Source: Bacilli bacterium
Lineage (GTDB): Bacteria; Bacillota_I; Bacilli_A; RFN20; CAG-826
Length of the DNA: 57,329 nt
Direction: 5' to 3'
NCBI GenBank assembly: GCA_017447305.1
Contig: JAFSNY010000039.1
Coordinates: 1 to 57,329, forward strand
The translations under genes were made by a program, and so were the position numbers. The notes below the pieces were generated by a model, which searched no databases, was not told where the DNA came from, and saw only the letters and a list, made by a program, of their open reading frames with translations. Of this stretch, positions 9,072-17,250 are shown in pieces. How positions within the stretch are numbered: position 1 is the stretch's first letter; the number at the start of each line of letters is the position of its first letter.

Positions 9072-9266
9072 GTTGTCAAAACGATAAAGACTCTTTTCTG
9101 AAATGTCGTATTTTTCTGCAGCCCACTTCTCTGCTTTTTCATAATCATCAGCGGTTATGATTCCTTTGTACATTATATTTTTCAGCACAAACACATGACA
9201 TAGGTAATTCATGGCTCGCTCTAAAATATCAGTGTCTTTGTATGACTTGAATTCTTCTTCGCTCAT
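9033..9266 (-). CDS. SHOCT-like small protein of the type found beside serine recombinases; 3' end chimeric
   Basis: KGIITADDYEK...EKY motif; strong RBS aaggagg; runs into the Vat/CatB remnant. Confidence 0.55.
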   Translation of the reverse strand: MSEEEFKSYKDTDILERAMNYLCHVFVLKNIMYKGIITADDYEKAEKWAAEKYDISEKSLYRFDNIVTKIYHLIQLL

Positions 9267-9319
9267 AGTGAAACCTCCTTATAGTTCCACTAATTGCTCA
9301 AAAAATCGTTACTTCAAAT

Positions 9320-9342
9320 AAAAAAGACGTTTTCAAACGTCT
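9320..9342 (-). terminator. terminator of the R-M operon
   Basis: Minus strand AGACGTTT-GA-AAACGTCT plus a T run, directly after the REase stop. Confidence 0.6.
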
Positions 9343-11046
9343 CTATAATGATGGTTTTATCGAATTAACAACATCTGTATATGCTTCAGGTGTTGATTGA
9401 ATTAAGTTTCTTAAATACTCATCAAATTGATTTTTGAAAGCGGAAATACGTGGTGATTTATCAATCATATCAACAAAAGCATCTATTGACACAGGGATGA
9501 TGTTTTCATTTTGATCATCCGCATAATATCTAAAGAAGCTAGCAACTCGAGAACTAACAAATGGCGAAATAACCATGCCCATACAGTCATCGTTGCTTCT
9601 AGCTCTTTCGGTTAAATAATGTTCGCGTACTCCTGTTGTCTCTCTTGTCATCATTTCGGTTGGACTTGTTAACATAGTAGGCTCCATGATAAAAGACATA
9701 TTCAAATATCTATATATTAAATCAGCTCTTCTACTTGGGGCATGATGAAGTGGATAACCATTTTCGTTATAAATGATGTTCGAAATCAAGCCAACTTTTC
9801 CATATGATTTTCCAAGAATCAATGCCAAAACATATTCTAGTCTTAATGGTTCATCAATATCGCTATACATGGAGCGACTATTAATTCTCCCACTTAAAAT
9901 CATGAGTTCTTTTCTTAAAGAGTTAAATTCCGCTTCTTCTATCGCCTGTGTTAAAACGTTTGTATAGAATTCGTTATCTAAATATTCTTCAACAGCAATA
10001 ATATCTGAATAATCTTCTATTACAACACCAAGTTGTGAAGCTTTTCTCTTTGCAATTTCAATTCTAATATCAAGACTTTCTTGCCAAGGAAGATGGATGT
10101 TTTCTAAAAATCTATAATATTCAGTTTGATTTCTAAATTCCTTAAAGGAATAATCTTTATATTTAACTAAAATTGATTTAACTTTTTCAATGTTATATGA
10201 CGAGAAATCATACATTGTATAAGTGGATCTGCCTCTTTTTGTTAAAAGACCAGTCATTTCGAATTTTCTAAACACATCATCTGGATACTCATCAGTTATA
10301 TTATCAAATTTTCCAGGAATCAATCCGAGTTCGTTGTAGCAATAATTCTCTAGGTATTTTTGATTAATTCTAAAATTAAATTTTTTTCTATATTTAATTA
10401 TTTCTTCGGCAGCTTTTTTATAGTCACAATCTTTCATGCTAAGGACAAACGCTCCAAATTCATGTTTAGCAATCCCGGTGTTGTCTCTTCCAAGTGCTCT
10501 CCAAAGTTTATTGACTTCATCGATTACAAACAAAACATTCAAAAAAGGTCTAGCCTTATTGTAATTTGCAGGTCGAGATGGATTGTTTGCATGCATCCCT
10601 ATCATTGCTTTGCAATATACATCAGTTGAATATTCTTCATTGCCAATTAAGTCCCACCCCAATTTAGTAATTGAAATCTTATTTAAACCATGTCGGACAG
10701 GTTCGATCATTAAAAAGCCCTGATCTTTTAATGCTCTAAACTGAGTCATAACGCGTCCGTTAAGTCCACACGCTTGTGGATTATCTCGAATTAATTGCTC
10801 CACTTCCGATCCAGTTAATTCAATGCCTTCTTCCAGTTTAAAACGGACGCCTTCTTGCATTCTAGTGAATCTATATATTCCATCAGCGACAAGTCGTGTC
10901 AAATAACTATGGAAAACTTCTTCTGTAAAAATCCGCCCATCAAAGCCTTTAAAAGCAATTAGAAATTTTTCATTTCTATTAGGGTTTCTAACAGTTGTGT
11001 TGATTGAGAAAATTTTAAATCCTGGTCTATTTCCACTAGTTCCCAT
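9343..11046 (-). CDS. AlwI-family type IIS restriction endonuclease
   Basis: N-terminal FSINTTVRNPNR; C-terminal RLEY...ADL...MEPTM...E catalytic pattern; adjacent to two MTases. Confidence 0.75.
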   Translation of the reverse strand: MGTSGNRPGFKIFSINTTVRNPNRNEKFLIAFKGFDGRIFTEEVFHSYLTRLVADGIYRFTRMQEGVRFKLEEGIELTGSEVEQLIRDNPQACGLNGRVMTQFRALKDQGFLMIEPVRHGLNKISITKLGWDLIGNEEYSTDVYCKAMIGMHANNPSRPANYNKARPFLNVLFVIDEVNKLWRALGRDNTGIAKHEFGAFVLSMKDCDYKKAAEEIIKYRKKFNFRINQKYLENYCYNELGLIPGKFDNITDEYPDDVFRKFEMTGLLTKRGRSTYTMYDFSSYNIEKVKSILVKYKDYSFKEFRNQTEYYRFLENIHLPWQESLDIRIEIAKRKASQLGVVIEDYSDIIAVEEYLDNEFYTNVLTQAIEEAEFNSLRKELMILSGRINSRSMYSDIDEPLRLEYVLALILGKSYGKVGLISNIIYNENGYPLHHAPSRRADLIYRYLNMSFIMEPTMLTSPTEMMTRETTGVREHYLTERARSNDDCMGMVISPFVSSRVASFFRYYADDQNENIIPVSIDAFVDMIDKSPRISAFKNQFDEYLRNLIQSTPEAYTDVVNSIKPSL

Positions 11047-11056
11047 ACAAAAGCTC

Positions 11057-11932
11057 CTAAAAATTTGTAATAAGCACTTCTATCGAATCTGTGATGTTAA
11101 CTTTTTGATAATTGGCGTTTCTATATTGCCTTTTAAGATAATGGATATGATATTTTTCAGCCCATTTTATAAGTTCTTCGTTTTTCTTTCCGTTGGAAAT
11201 AAATACATTTGAGAGAGCTGCTTTAATGCCTGCTTGTGATAACTTATCAAATAAAGTAAATAAATTTAAATCATCTATTTGAGACCATTCACCATTATAT
11301 GGTGCGGTTGTAACCAAGTATGGAGGATCAAAATATACAAACGAATTTTTAGTACAGCAATCATAAAGACTTCTATCTAGATAATCTTTTGTAGAAAAAA
11401 GGGCTTTATATTTCTTGCTTTCATTGCAAAATGCGATTGTTTTTTCTCTCAGCGATTTTGAAAAGTCAACCTTGCCAACAGGTACATTAAATAATCCTTT
11501 TTTGTTAAATCTTAAATAATGATTAAAGCCATATATTATAAGTGCAAAGAGTTTTTTGGTGTCTTTGTCGGAATTGTAATCCGACTTAAGCCTATCAAAT
11601 GGAGCCTTATTATATTTGGACAAACCCTCATGTTTATATTCGATGTAATGATTATCAAGATTTGTTGAATCAGTGAAACCATATTCTTCTATTATTTTAT
11701 TCATTGATTCAATAATAGATTCCCCACTATTCTCATAGAGGTATTTGATTAGTTCGATTGCATGATTGTTAATGTCGTTACAAATGATTTCTTTTGCGGA
11801 ACTATTAAACGAAACCATGCCACTACCTGCAAACGCATCAACAAAAACATCGATATCTTTTGGTATGATATCGAGTAATTCTTTTAGTGATTTTGCCTTG
11901 TTACCAGGATAATTCAACGGAGATATCGCCAT
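11057..11932 (-). CDS. Dam-family (alpha class) N6-adenine DNA methyltransferase
   Basis: SPLNYPGNK, DAFAGSG, RFNKKGLFNVPVG, YFDPPY and EVLITN motifs. Confidence 0.9.
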   Translation of the reverse strand: MAISPLNYPGNKAKSLKELLDIIPKDIDVFVDAFAGSGMVSFNSSAKEIICNDINNHAIELIKYLYENSGESIIESMNKIIEEYGFTDSTNLDNHYIEYKHEGLSKYNKAPFDRLKSDYNSDKDTKKLFALIIYGFNHYLRFNKKGLFNVPVGKVDFSKSLREKTIAFCNESKKYKALFSTKDYLDRSLYDCCTKNSFVYFDPPYLVTTAPYNGEWSQIDDLNLFTLFDKLSQAGIKAALSNVFISNGKKNEELIKWAEKYHIHYLKRQYRNANYQKVNITDSIEVLITNF

Positions 11933-12632
11933 CTAATCTTTCCACCGATTTCCTGTAATAGTTCTCATCTATCTCAGTAGAAACAGAGTTTCTGCCTGTT
12001 AATTTGCATGCTAAAGCAGTTGTTCCAGATCCACTAAATGGGTCAAAAACAACATCATTTGGATTTGTATGAACTTTTATAATTTCTTCAATTACTTCAA
12101 CGCTTTTTTGAGTTGGGTGAATTCTTCTTTTGCCACCAAGAACAACACCACTCTCATATACTGGTTTTAAATATGATTTGTCAGATGGTTTATTAAATGT
12201 CCATCCTTTTTCGCCTTTGACTGCCCAAATTGCAACTTCAAAGTCCGTTACATATCGACTATTAACATTGCGAGGCATTGGGTTTTTCTTTTCCCACCTA
12301 ATAAGGTCTTTAATTACAAAGCCTTCTTCAACAAGTGCTTCAACAAGATAAGAAAGATTTTTCCAATCGTTGAATATGATCATACAGCCACCTTTTTTAA
12401 CGACAGGTGCACATTTTTTTATCCATTCTTTTTGGTCGAATCCATAATCCCATTGGCCATAGTTCATTCCTGATCTTCCCATGTTAGAAAAACCAAGTTG
12501 GTGAGTTCTGCTTACGCAATAAGGTGGATCAGTAATAATTGCATCAACAAAAAGATGCTTATCAACCATCTCTTTTACTGCTTTTTTATAATCACAATTA
12601 ATAAGAATTGTTTTGTTACTCACACGAATCAC
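11901..12632 (-). CDS. beta-class N4/N6 DNA methyltransferase
   Basis: ITDPPY precedes HPTQK and FDPFSGSGTT; GTG start with RBS aaggtgga. Confidence 0.9.
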   Translation of the reverse strand: MIRVSNKTILINCDYKKAVKEMVDKHLFVDAIITDPPYCVSRTHQLGFSNMGRSGMNYGQWDYGFDQKEWIKKCAPVVKKGGCMIIFNDWKNLSYLVEALVEEGFVIKDLIRWEKKNPMPRNVNSRYVTDFEVAIWAVKGEKGWTFNKPSDKSYLKPVYESGVVLGGKRRIHPTQKSVEVIEEIIKVHTNPNDVVFDPFSGSGTTALACKLTGRNSVSTEIDENYYRKSVERLDGDISVELSW

Positions 12633-12725
12633 TCCACCTTAACGTTTGGAATACTTCCCAAATGTATATTAATTATATTTCAGGTGGGTTTTATATGCAA
12701 CGCAGATGTGTATTACAATGCTCAC

Positions 12726-13037
12726 ATGAACGTATTAGAAAAAATAAAGAAAATGCAAGCGGAAAGAGGTTGGTCTACCTACAAGCTTGCATATGAATCA
12801 GGCCTAACTCAGTCAACTTTATCTAACATGTTTTCTCGTGGAACTTGTCCAACAGTAGATACTTTAGAAAAAATATGTGAAGCTTTTGGCATTTCTTTGT
12901 CTGATTTCTTTGATGACAATGACAAAGTAGCTCATGTTTCCGAAGAAGAAATGGAATTATTAAGTAAATATAGAGTGCTTACCGATAAAGAAAAAGAAGC
13001 TGTCAGATCAATGGTCACAGCTTTATCTCATAAATAA
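12726..13037 (+). CDS. XRE-family HTH regulator, divergent from the R-M operon (possible controller)
   Basis: MNVLEKIKKMQAERGWSTYKLAYESGLTQSTLSN...PTVDTLEKICEAFGISLSDFF; ATG at 12726 preferred over the track start. Confidence 0.85.
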   Translation: MNVLEKIKKMQAERGWSTYKLAYESGLTQSTLSNMFSRGTCPTVDTLEKICEAFGISLSDFFDDNDKVAHVSEEEMELLSKYRVLTDKEKEAVRSMVTALSHK

Positions 13038-13059
13038 TAGTTGTCCTTAATTCTATACC

Positions 13060-13079
13060 GAGGCAATGCCTCTTTTTTT
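13060..13079 (+). terminator. terminator after the XRE gene
   Basis: GAGGC-AAT-GCCTC followed by T7. Confidence 0.6.
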
Positions 13080-13105
13080 ATTTAACTTGAAAACTATTAA
13101 CAGTT

Positions 13106-13168
13106 AAATCGTGTTCTAGTTAAAGTTCAAATAGTTTTCTAGTTGAAACAAATCGTGTTCTAGTTGAA
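13106..13168. repeat. three 19-bp direct repeats
   Basis: AAATCGTGTTCTAGTTAAA (13106), AAATAGTTTTCTAGTTGAA (13129), AAATCGTGTTCTAGTTGAA (13150). Confidence 0.7.
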
Positions 13169-13264
13169 CCAATTATTACGGAGAGAGGATTTGAACTACC
13201 TCTATTCTTGTCAAAAAAGCATGAAAAAAGGCACTTTTTGGTTATTTTAGTGCCTAAATTATCA

Positions 13265-13337
13265 ATTGGGAGCAGACTGCCAAATTGGTACTCTTTGTCG
13301 AAAAAACGGGGGTGTTCACTACCAAAGTGATACACTA
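13265..13337. repeat. ~70-bp bipartite element, copy 3
   Basis: TTGGGAGCAGACTGCCAAATTGGTAC...AAAAAACGGGGGTGTTCACTACCAAAGTGATACAC; followed on the minus strand by an AGGCACT/AGTGCCT hairpin plus T run (13224-13255). Confidence 0.75.
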
Positions 13338-13439
13338 CTATTCAATTTCTTCATAGTAATGCACTAGTATGTGGTTAACAAGGGCAATCAGCGAACAAAT
13401 TGAATACTTCACAAATCTGAGGACCAGACTATTTTTATT

Positions 13440-14918
13440 TTAGTTTTGTTTGCAGACATCATCTTTCTTCAAATAATCGCTAATAAGAGGAATTCCATAA
13501 AATCTTCCTGAATACGCAAGCCTTAATTCATTGTTGGTAGAATACTTATCCAAAGCCTCTATACTTTTCTTTATGTCTTCTTCATTTTCCCAACCAAACA
13601 ATGTGTAAAAATCTTTCGAAAGAGATTTCGATTTCAAAGAGAGGGCGATTCTCTTTATAAATGACACATTGTTATCGTTGAGATAGCAATGAGATAAAGC
13701 AAACCAATAATTGCCAGTTAATGAAATAGATATATTAGTCAGCAAGCAATCGGCATCAATAAATTCATTAAAACTTAAATATTTTGCTTGGATATGCCTT
13801 CTCCAATATTCTGAAAACCCAGAATAATAGTAAGCTCCTTTTGCTTTGTCTTGATGAAGTTCCCTACCTAAATTCTCCGAGACATTGTAAAGATTGTTGT
13901 ATGTCAAGCAATAAAAAGCATCCTTAAAATACATAAGTTCTGCCGAAACAGAATAGTTACCAATACTAATATAAGGGGTATTGGTAAGATAAAAGATTGA
14001 TTGGTAGTTTTTGCTCGCTAAAAGTAGAGCTATTGTTTCTACAAACAATTCATGCAAAACGATTTTCGCTAAAGAAAAGAAAGACTGTTTAGAGGTTTTC
14101 ATCTCATTTGTGACTTTAAGTACATCAACGAAAAAACAGTGCAAAGCGTTTCCTACATCATCTTTATATTTTATTTCGGACAGAAATGCTAAATATGGGA
14201 TTTTAAAAGAATCAAAAAGGCTGTAGTTTTTTTCAAATTCTGAAGCGTTATAAAAGTCAAAATACTCAATATTCTCACTAATTTTAGTAAAACTGTCTAA
14301 AAGTTGATTAAAAGAAATAGTCAGCGCACGCTTATCACCAATCTCCTTTTTGTTTGCTTTGAATGTGTTGACAATTATCTGCGACTCTGCATTCATTGGG
14401 TTCGACTCATCAACCCATTCTGGTTTGGTTCCTAGCGGGTTTTCTATATATTTTTCATTCCCGTAAAGTGCTTTTACTAATTCAAAATAGCCTTCTTCAA
14501 AATTTGAATCTTCTGACAAATCAATCCATCTTCTTTGTTTTAGATATGTAGGAATACAAGAATCTACTTCTTCTCCTCTTTTCTCAAACAAAACAGGTAT
14601 AAATTTGGTGTTTTCAACATTCGAATATACTTCACCGGAGATGATTTGAGTTTCCTTTCCAGCTCCACCTGTTCTAGAATCAGCTTTTTTCTTGTAATCA
14701 GGAGACAACAATATCAAAACATTAGTTATCGTTGAATCGTTTACGCATTTTTCCATAAAATTATTCATATCATTGCCAAGTTTCATGTGAAATTGATCAA
14801 GAACAACATCAACTCCATCACCTCTAAGTCTCATCGCGAACTCGACAACTCTATCAATATATTTTTGATTGCTCCAACAATATGAAATAAACACTCTTGG
14901 TTTTTCTATCTTTGCCAT
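13440..14918 (-). CDS. SEFIR/TIR domain protein (anti-phage defence-like)
   Basis: PRVFISYCW, GVDVVLD, FME, YKKKADSRTGGAGKETQIIS, KFIPV and IPTYL form the bacterial SEFIR signature; long helical C-terminus. Confidence 0.85.
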   Translation of the reverse strand: MAKIEKPRVFISYCWSNQKYIDRVVEFAMRLRGDGVDVVLDQFHMKLGNDMNNFMEKCVNDSTITNVLILLSPDYKKKADSRTGGAGKETQIISGEVYSNVENTKFIPVLFEKRGEEVDSCIPTYLKQRRWIDLSEDSNFEEGYFELVKALYGNEKYIENPLGTKPEWVDESNPMNAESQIIVNTFKANKKEIGDKRALTISFNQLLDSFTKISENIEYFDFYNASEFEKNYSLFDSFKIPYLAFLSEIKYKDDVGNALHCFFVDVLKVTNEMKTSKQSFFSLAKIVLHELFVETIALLLASKNYQSIFYLTNTPYISIGNYSVSAELMYFKDAFYCLTYNNLYNVSENLGRELHQDKAKGAYYYSGFSEYWRRHIQAKYLSFNEFIDADCLLTNISISLTGNYWFALSHCYLNDNNVSFIKRIALSLKSKSLSKDFYTLFGWENEEDIKKSIEALDKYSTNNELRLAYSGRFYGIPLISDYLKKDDVCKQN

Positions 14919-14947
14919 ACCTTTCTCCTTTTTAACATAAAATCATT

Positions 14948-15730
14948 TTATATTTTGGTTTCTTCCATAACCTTAAACATCATGTCGTGGTTATATTCAA
15001 AGCCCTTTTCTTTTAAGTTTTTAATATCGTAGATAGCCGCTTTCGGCATTTTTATCCGCCTTCCGTTAACAGTTAAATATTTCCAACGGCCCATCCAAAC
15101 TACATATTCGGCTTTTACGTTCTTTATAATACTAAGGAATTTGCTATCAATGAAACAATTGTGAGGGTAATACTTTCCTAATGGTTCTTTTCTATTTAAA
15201 TCTTCTTTATCAATTACTTGAACATAGCTATTAGACTCATCGCAAACAAATAGAACGCAAGTTTTGCATTTAGGATAATTGCTCCTATATGAATCCACTT
15301 TATTAGAATGGTTTATCAACACTCTTTCAAAGTTCTTTAAATAACCTGTGAAGTTAAAATCTTCGTTATTAAAAGTATTCGGAACAAAATATAAGCTTGC
15401 ATTGTATTTATTCCTGTAATCCTTTCCCATAAGTTTTTTCATGTAAGCATTTTCCTTTTGAAACGCGTTCGCTATTTTCTTTCCATTTTTTTCATTAACG
15501 CAATCATCAATTCTCATAACATCCATCATAATTTTGTGCTTTTCGTTGTGAAAATCTGGGGGAAGACTATCTTTGGAGGAAGAATCAATCCAAGATTTAG
15601 CAAATAAAAAACTCTTTATAAGTCTTTCAATACGAAAACAATGGAAAAAGTTCCCGAAATAAGCGATTTTTCCATAAAGGATCGACTTAAAATTCTTGAT
15701 TACAAAACTTTCGTTATCCATTGTCTCCAT
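14948..15730 (-). CDS. hypothetical protein, possible PD-(D/E)xK-like nuclease
   Basis: 260 aa with LPPDF...MMDVMRIDD and VLFVCDES; 29 bp upstream of the SEFIR gene. Confidence 0.6.
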   Translation of the reverse strand: METMDNESFVIKNFKSILYGKIAYFGNFFHCFRIERLIKSFLFAKSWIDSSSKDSLPPDFHNEKHKIMMDVMRIDDCVNEKNGKKIANAFQKENAYMKKLMGKDYRNKYNASLYFVPNTFNNEDFNFTGYLKNFERVLINHSNKVDSYRSNYPKCKTCVLFVCDESNSYVQVIDKEDLNRKEPLGKYYPHNCFIDSKFLSIIKNVKAEYVVWMGRWKYLTVNGRRIKMPKAAIYDIKNLKEKGFEYNHDMMFKVMEETKI

Positions 15731-15816
15731 AGGTTAGTTATCCTTTGTTAAACAAAAAATAGTATAAACCATTAAGGCAATTGCTACAGCAATAAAATAG
15801 CGATACAGGTTTTTAG

Positions 15817-15855
15817 TTATAACCTGGAGGTCGGTGTAATCCGTCTCTGCAACCA
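15817..15855 (+). pseudogene. degenerate 3' half of a tRNA-Met, inverted relative to the intact tRNA
   Basis: ATAACCTGGAGGTCG...GCAACCA versus ATAACCTGAAGGTCG...GCAACCA in the intact tRNA. Confidence 0.5.
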
Positions 15856-15857
15856 TT

Positions 15858-15886
15858 AAAAAAACGCTGATTGCATCAGCGTTTTG
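15858..15886 (-). terminator. terminator after tRNA-fMet (likely bidirectional)
   Basis: AAAACGCTGAT-TGC-ATCAGCGTTTT hairpin with an A/T run. Confidence 0.75.
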
Positions 15887-15894
15887 TGGACAAT

Positions 15895-15970
15895 TGGTTG
15901 CGGGGGAAGGACTTGAACCTACGACCTTCAGGTTATGAGCCTGATGAGCTGCCAACTGCTCTACCCCGCG
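15895..15970 (-). tRNA. tRNA-fMet (initiator, anticodon CAT)
   Basis: 76-nt cloverleaf CGCGGGG...CTCATAA...TTCAAGT...CCCCGCAACCA with C1:A72 mismatch, A11-U24 pair and encoded CCA. Confidence 0.95.
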
Positions 15971-16011
15971 ATGTGAGGTGACCAAGGCGTGTTTGATCAC
16001 CGTTTTCGTAA

Positions 16012-16188
16012 TTATTTACGATTTTTTCTTCTAGCGTTTTCAGATTTGAGTTTTCTCTTTAAACCTGGTTTAAGATAGAAATCTCTTCTCTTCGCTTCTT
16101 GAATGACTCCCGCTTTGTTAACTTGACGTTTGAAACGACGGAGGGCATCATCTAAGGATTCATTCTCACGAACGACGATCTTTGGCAT
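16012..16188 (-). CDS. rpsU: 30S ribosomal protein S21 (not in the ORF track)
   Basis: [42 protein letters not shown]; RBS aaggaggtg. Confidence 0.95.
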   Translation of the reverse strand: MPKIVVRENESLDDALRRFKRQVNKAGVIQEAKRRDFYLKPGLKRKLKSENARRKNRK

Positions 16189-16267
16189 TTTTGCTCACCT
16201 CCTTCAGCGGTTCTTTTAACACGCAATAGAGAATATACCATTATCAAATCCCTATTGCAATATAAAA

Positions 16268-16903
16268 TTATACAATTTTTACTCCGTTTGAAGTGCCAAT
16301 TCTATTTGCGCCAGCTTCGACCATAGCGAGTAGATCTTCGTGGGTTCTAACTCCGCCACTAGCTTTGACACCCATATCTGGTCCAACGGTTTCTCTCATA
16401 AGTTTGACATCGTGAACAGTCGCACCGCCTGTTGAGAATCCAGTTGAGGTTTTGACAAAGTCAGCGCCAGCGTTTTTGGAAAGGAGACATGCTCTAACTT
16501 TTTCTTCATCAGTTAATAAACATGTTTCAATAATAACTTTAAGAACTCTCTTTCCAGCAACCGCTTTTAATTCAGCAATTTCCGCTTCGACATAGTCATC
16601 ATTACCTGCTTTAAGCATTCCGACGTTGATGACCATATCAATTTCATCCGCACCTTCTCTAATGGCTTGTTGAGCTTCTTCCACTTTCGTTTTTGGAAGA
16701 TTCATTCCAAGTGGGAATCCGATAACTGTGCAAACTTTAACATCGCTTCCTTTTAACGCTTCTGCAGCGAGTGGAACGTAGGCAGGGTTAACACAGACGG
16801 ACATGAAGTCGTGTTCTTTTGCTTCTTCACAAAGCTTTAAAATTTGTTCAGGAGTAGCATCTTGTTTAAGCAAAGTATGATCAATAAGCTTGTTGTATTT
16901 CAT
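16268..16903 (-). CDS. deoC: deoxyribose-phosphate aldolase
   Basis: [35 protein letters not shown] and RIGTS motifs. Confidence 0.97.
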   Translation of the reverse strand: MKYNKLIDHTLLKQDATPEQILKLCEEAKEHDFMSVCVNPAYVPLAAEALKGSDVKVCTVIGFPLGMNLPKTKVEEAQQAIREGADEIDMVINVGMLKAGNDDYVEAEIAELKAVAGKRVLKVIIETCLLTDEEKVRACLLSKNAGADFVKTSTGFSTGGATVHDVKLMRETVGPDMGVKASGGVRTHEDLLAMVEAGANRIGTSNGVKIV

Positions 16904-16960
16904 ATATCATTCCTTCTTTTCTACCATTATTATAAAAATAAAGTGGCCTTTCGACCATCT

Positions 16961-17149
16961 TTATTTGCTTTCAGATTTCTTTTCAATTTGAACCTTGCCA
17001 GCGTAATAACCACATTTTGGGCAAACATGGTGGGATTTGATCATTGCGCCACAATTTGGGCAAGTGACTAAACCAGCGGCTTCGAGTTTGAAATGGGTTC
17101 TTCTTGATCTTTTCTTAGTTTTAGAAATTCTTCTTTGTGGAACTGCCAT
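16961..17149 (-). CDS. rpmF: 50S ribosomal protein L32
   Basis: [19 protein letters not shown] with CPNC/CPKC zinc ribbon. Confidence 0.97.
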   Translation of the reverse strand: MAVPQRRISKTKKRSRRTHFKLEAAGLVTCPNCGAMIKSHHVCPKCGYYAGKVQIEKKSESK

Positions 17150-17250
17150 ATTAGTTCGTCCTCCTAAACAACGAGGAAATTATATTCTTATACATAAGGA
17201 GTGTCAATAAAACTTTAGACAAGTTCTAAAAAATTTAAAATAATACTGAT

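Larger units (their letters stand above)
1..15890. mobile_element. tRNA-adjacent composite accessory/defence island (left end outside window)
   Basis: Defence, TA and R-M genes plus relics and repeated elements, ending at the tRNA 3' end; no intact integrase in the window. Confidence 0.65.

Noticed and set aside
12498-12725. N-terminal extensions given by the ORF track (XRE; also thrS, infC, nrnA, dnaI, iscS, dUTPase)
   Set aside because: They overlap neighbouring genes or leaders; downstream starts fit the family N-termini and RBS positions better.
13120-13335. 71-aa minus-strand ORF
   Set aside because: Reads through non-coding repeats (element copy 3, hairpin, 19-mers).
7830-13337. CRISPR array or classical integron attC/dif interpretation of the repeats
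   Set aside because: Copies are kilobases apart, no cas genes or tyrosine integrase in the window, and no attC (RYYYAAC/GTTRRRY) or dif consensus seen.
15734-16000. 88-aa ORF in the track
   Set aside because: It is a translation of the tRNA-fMet gene and its terminator.
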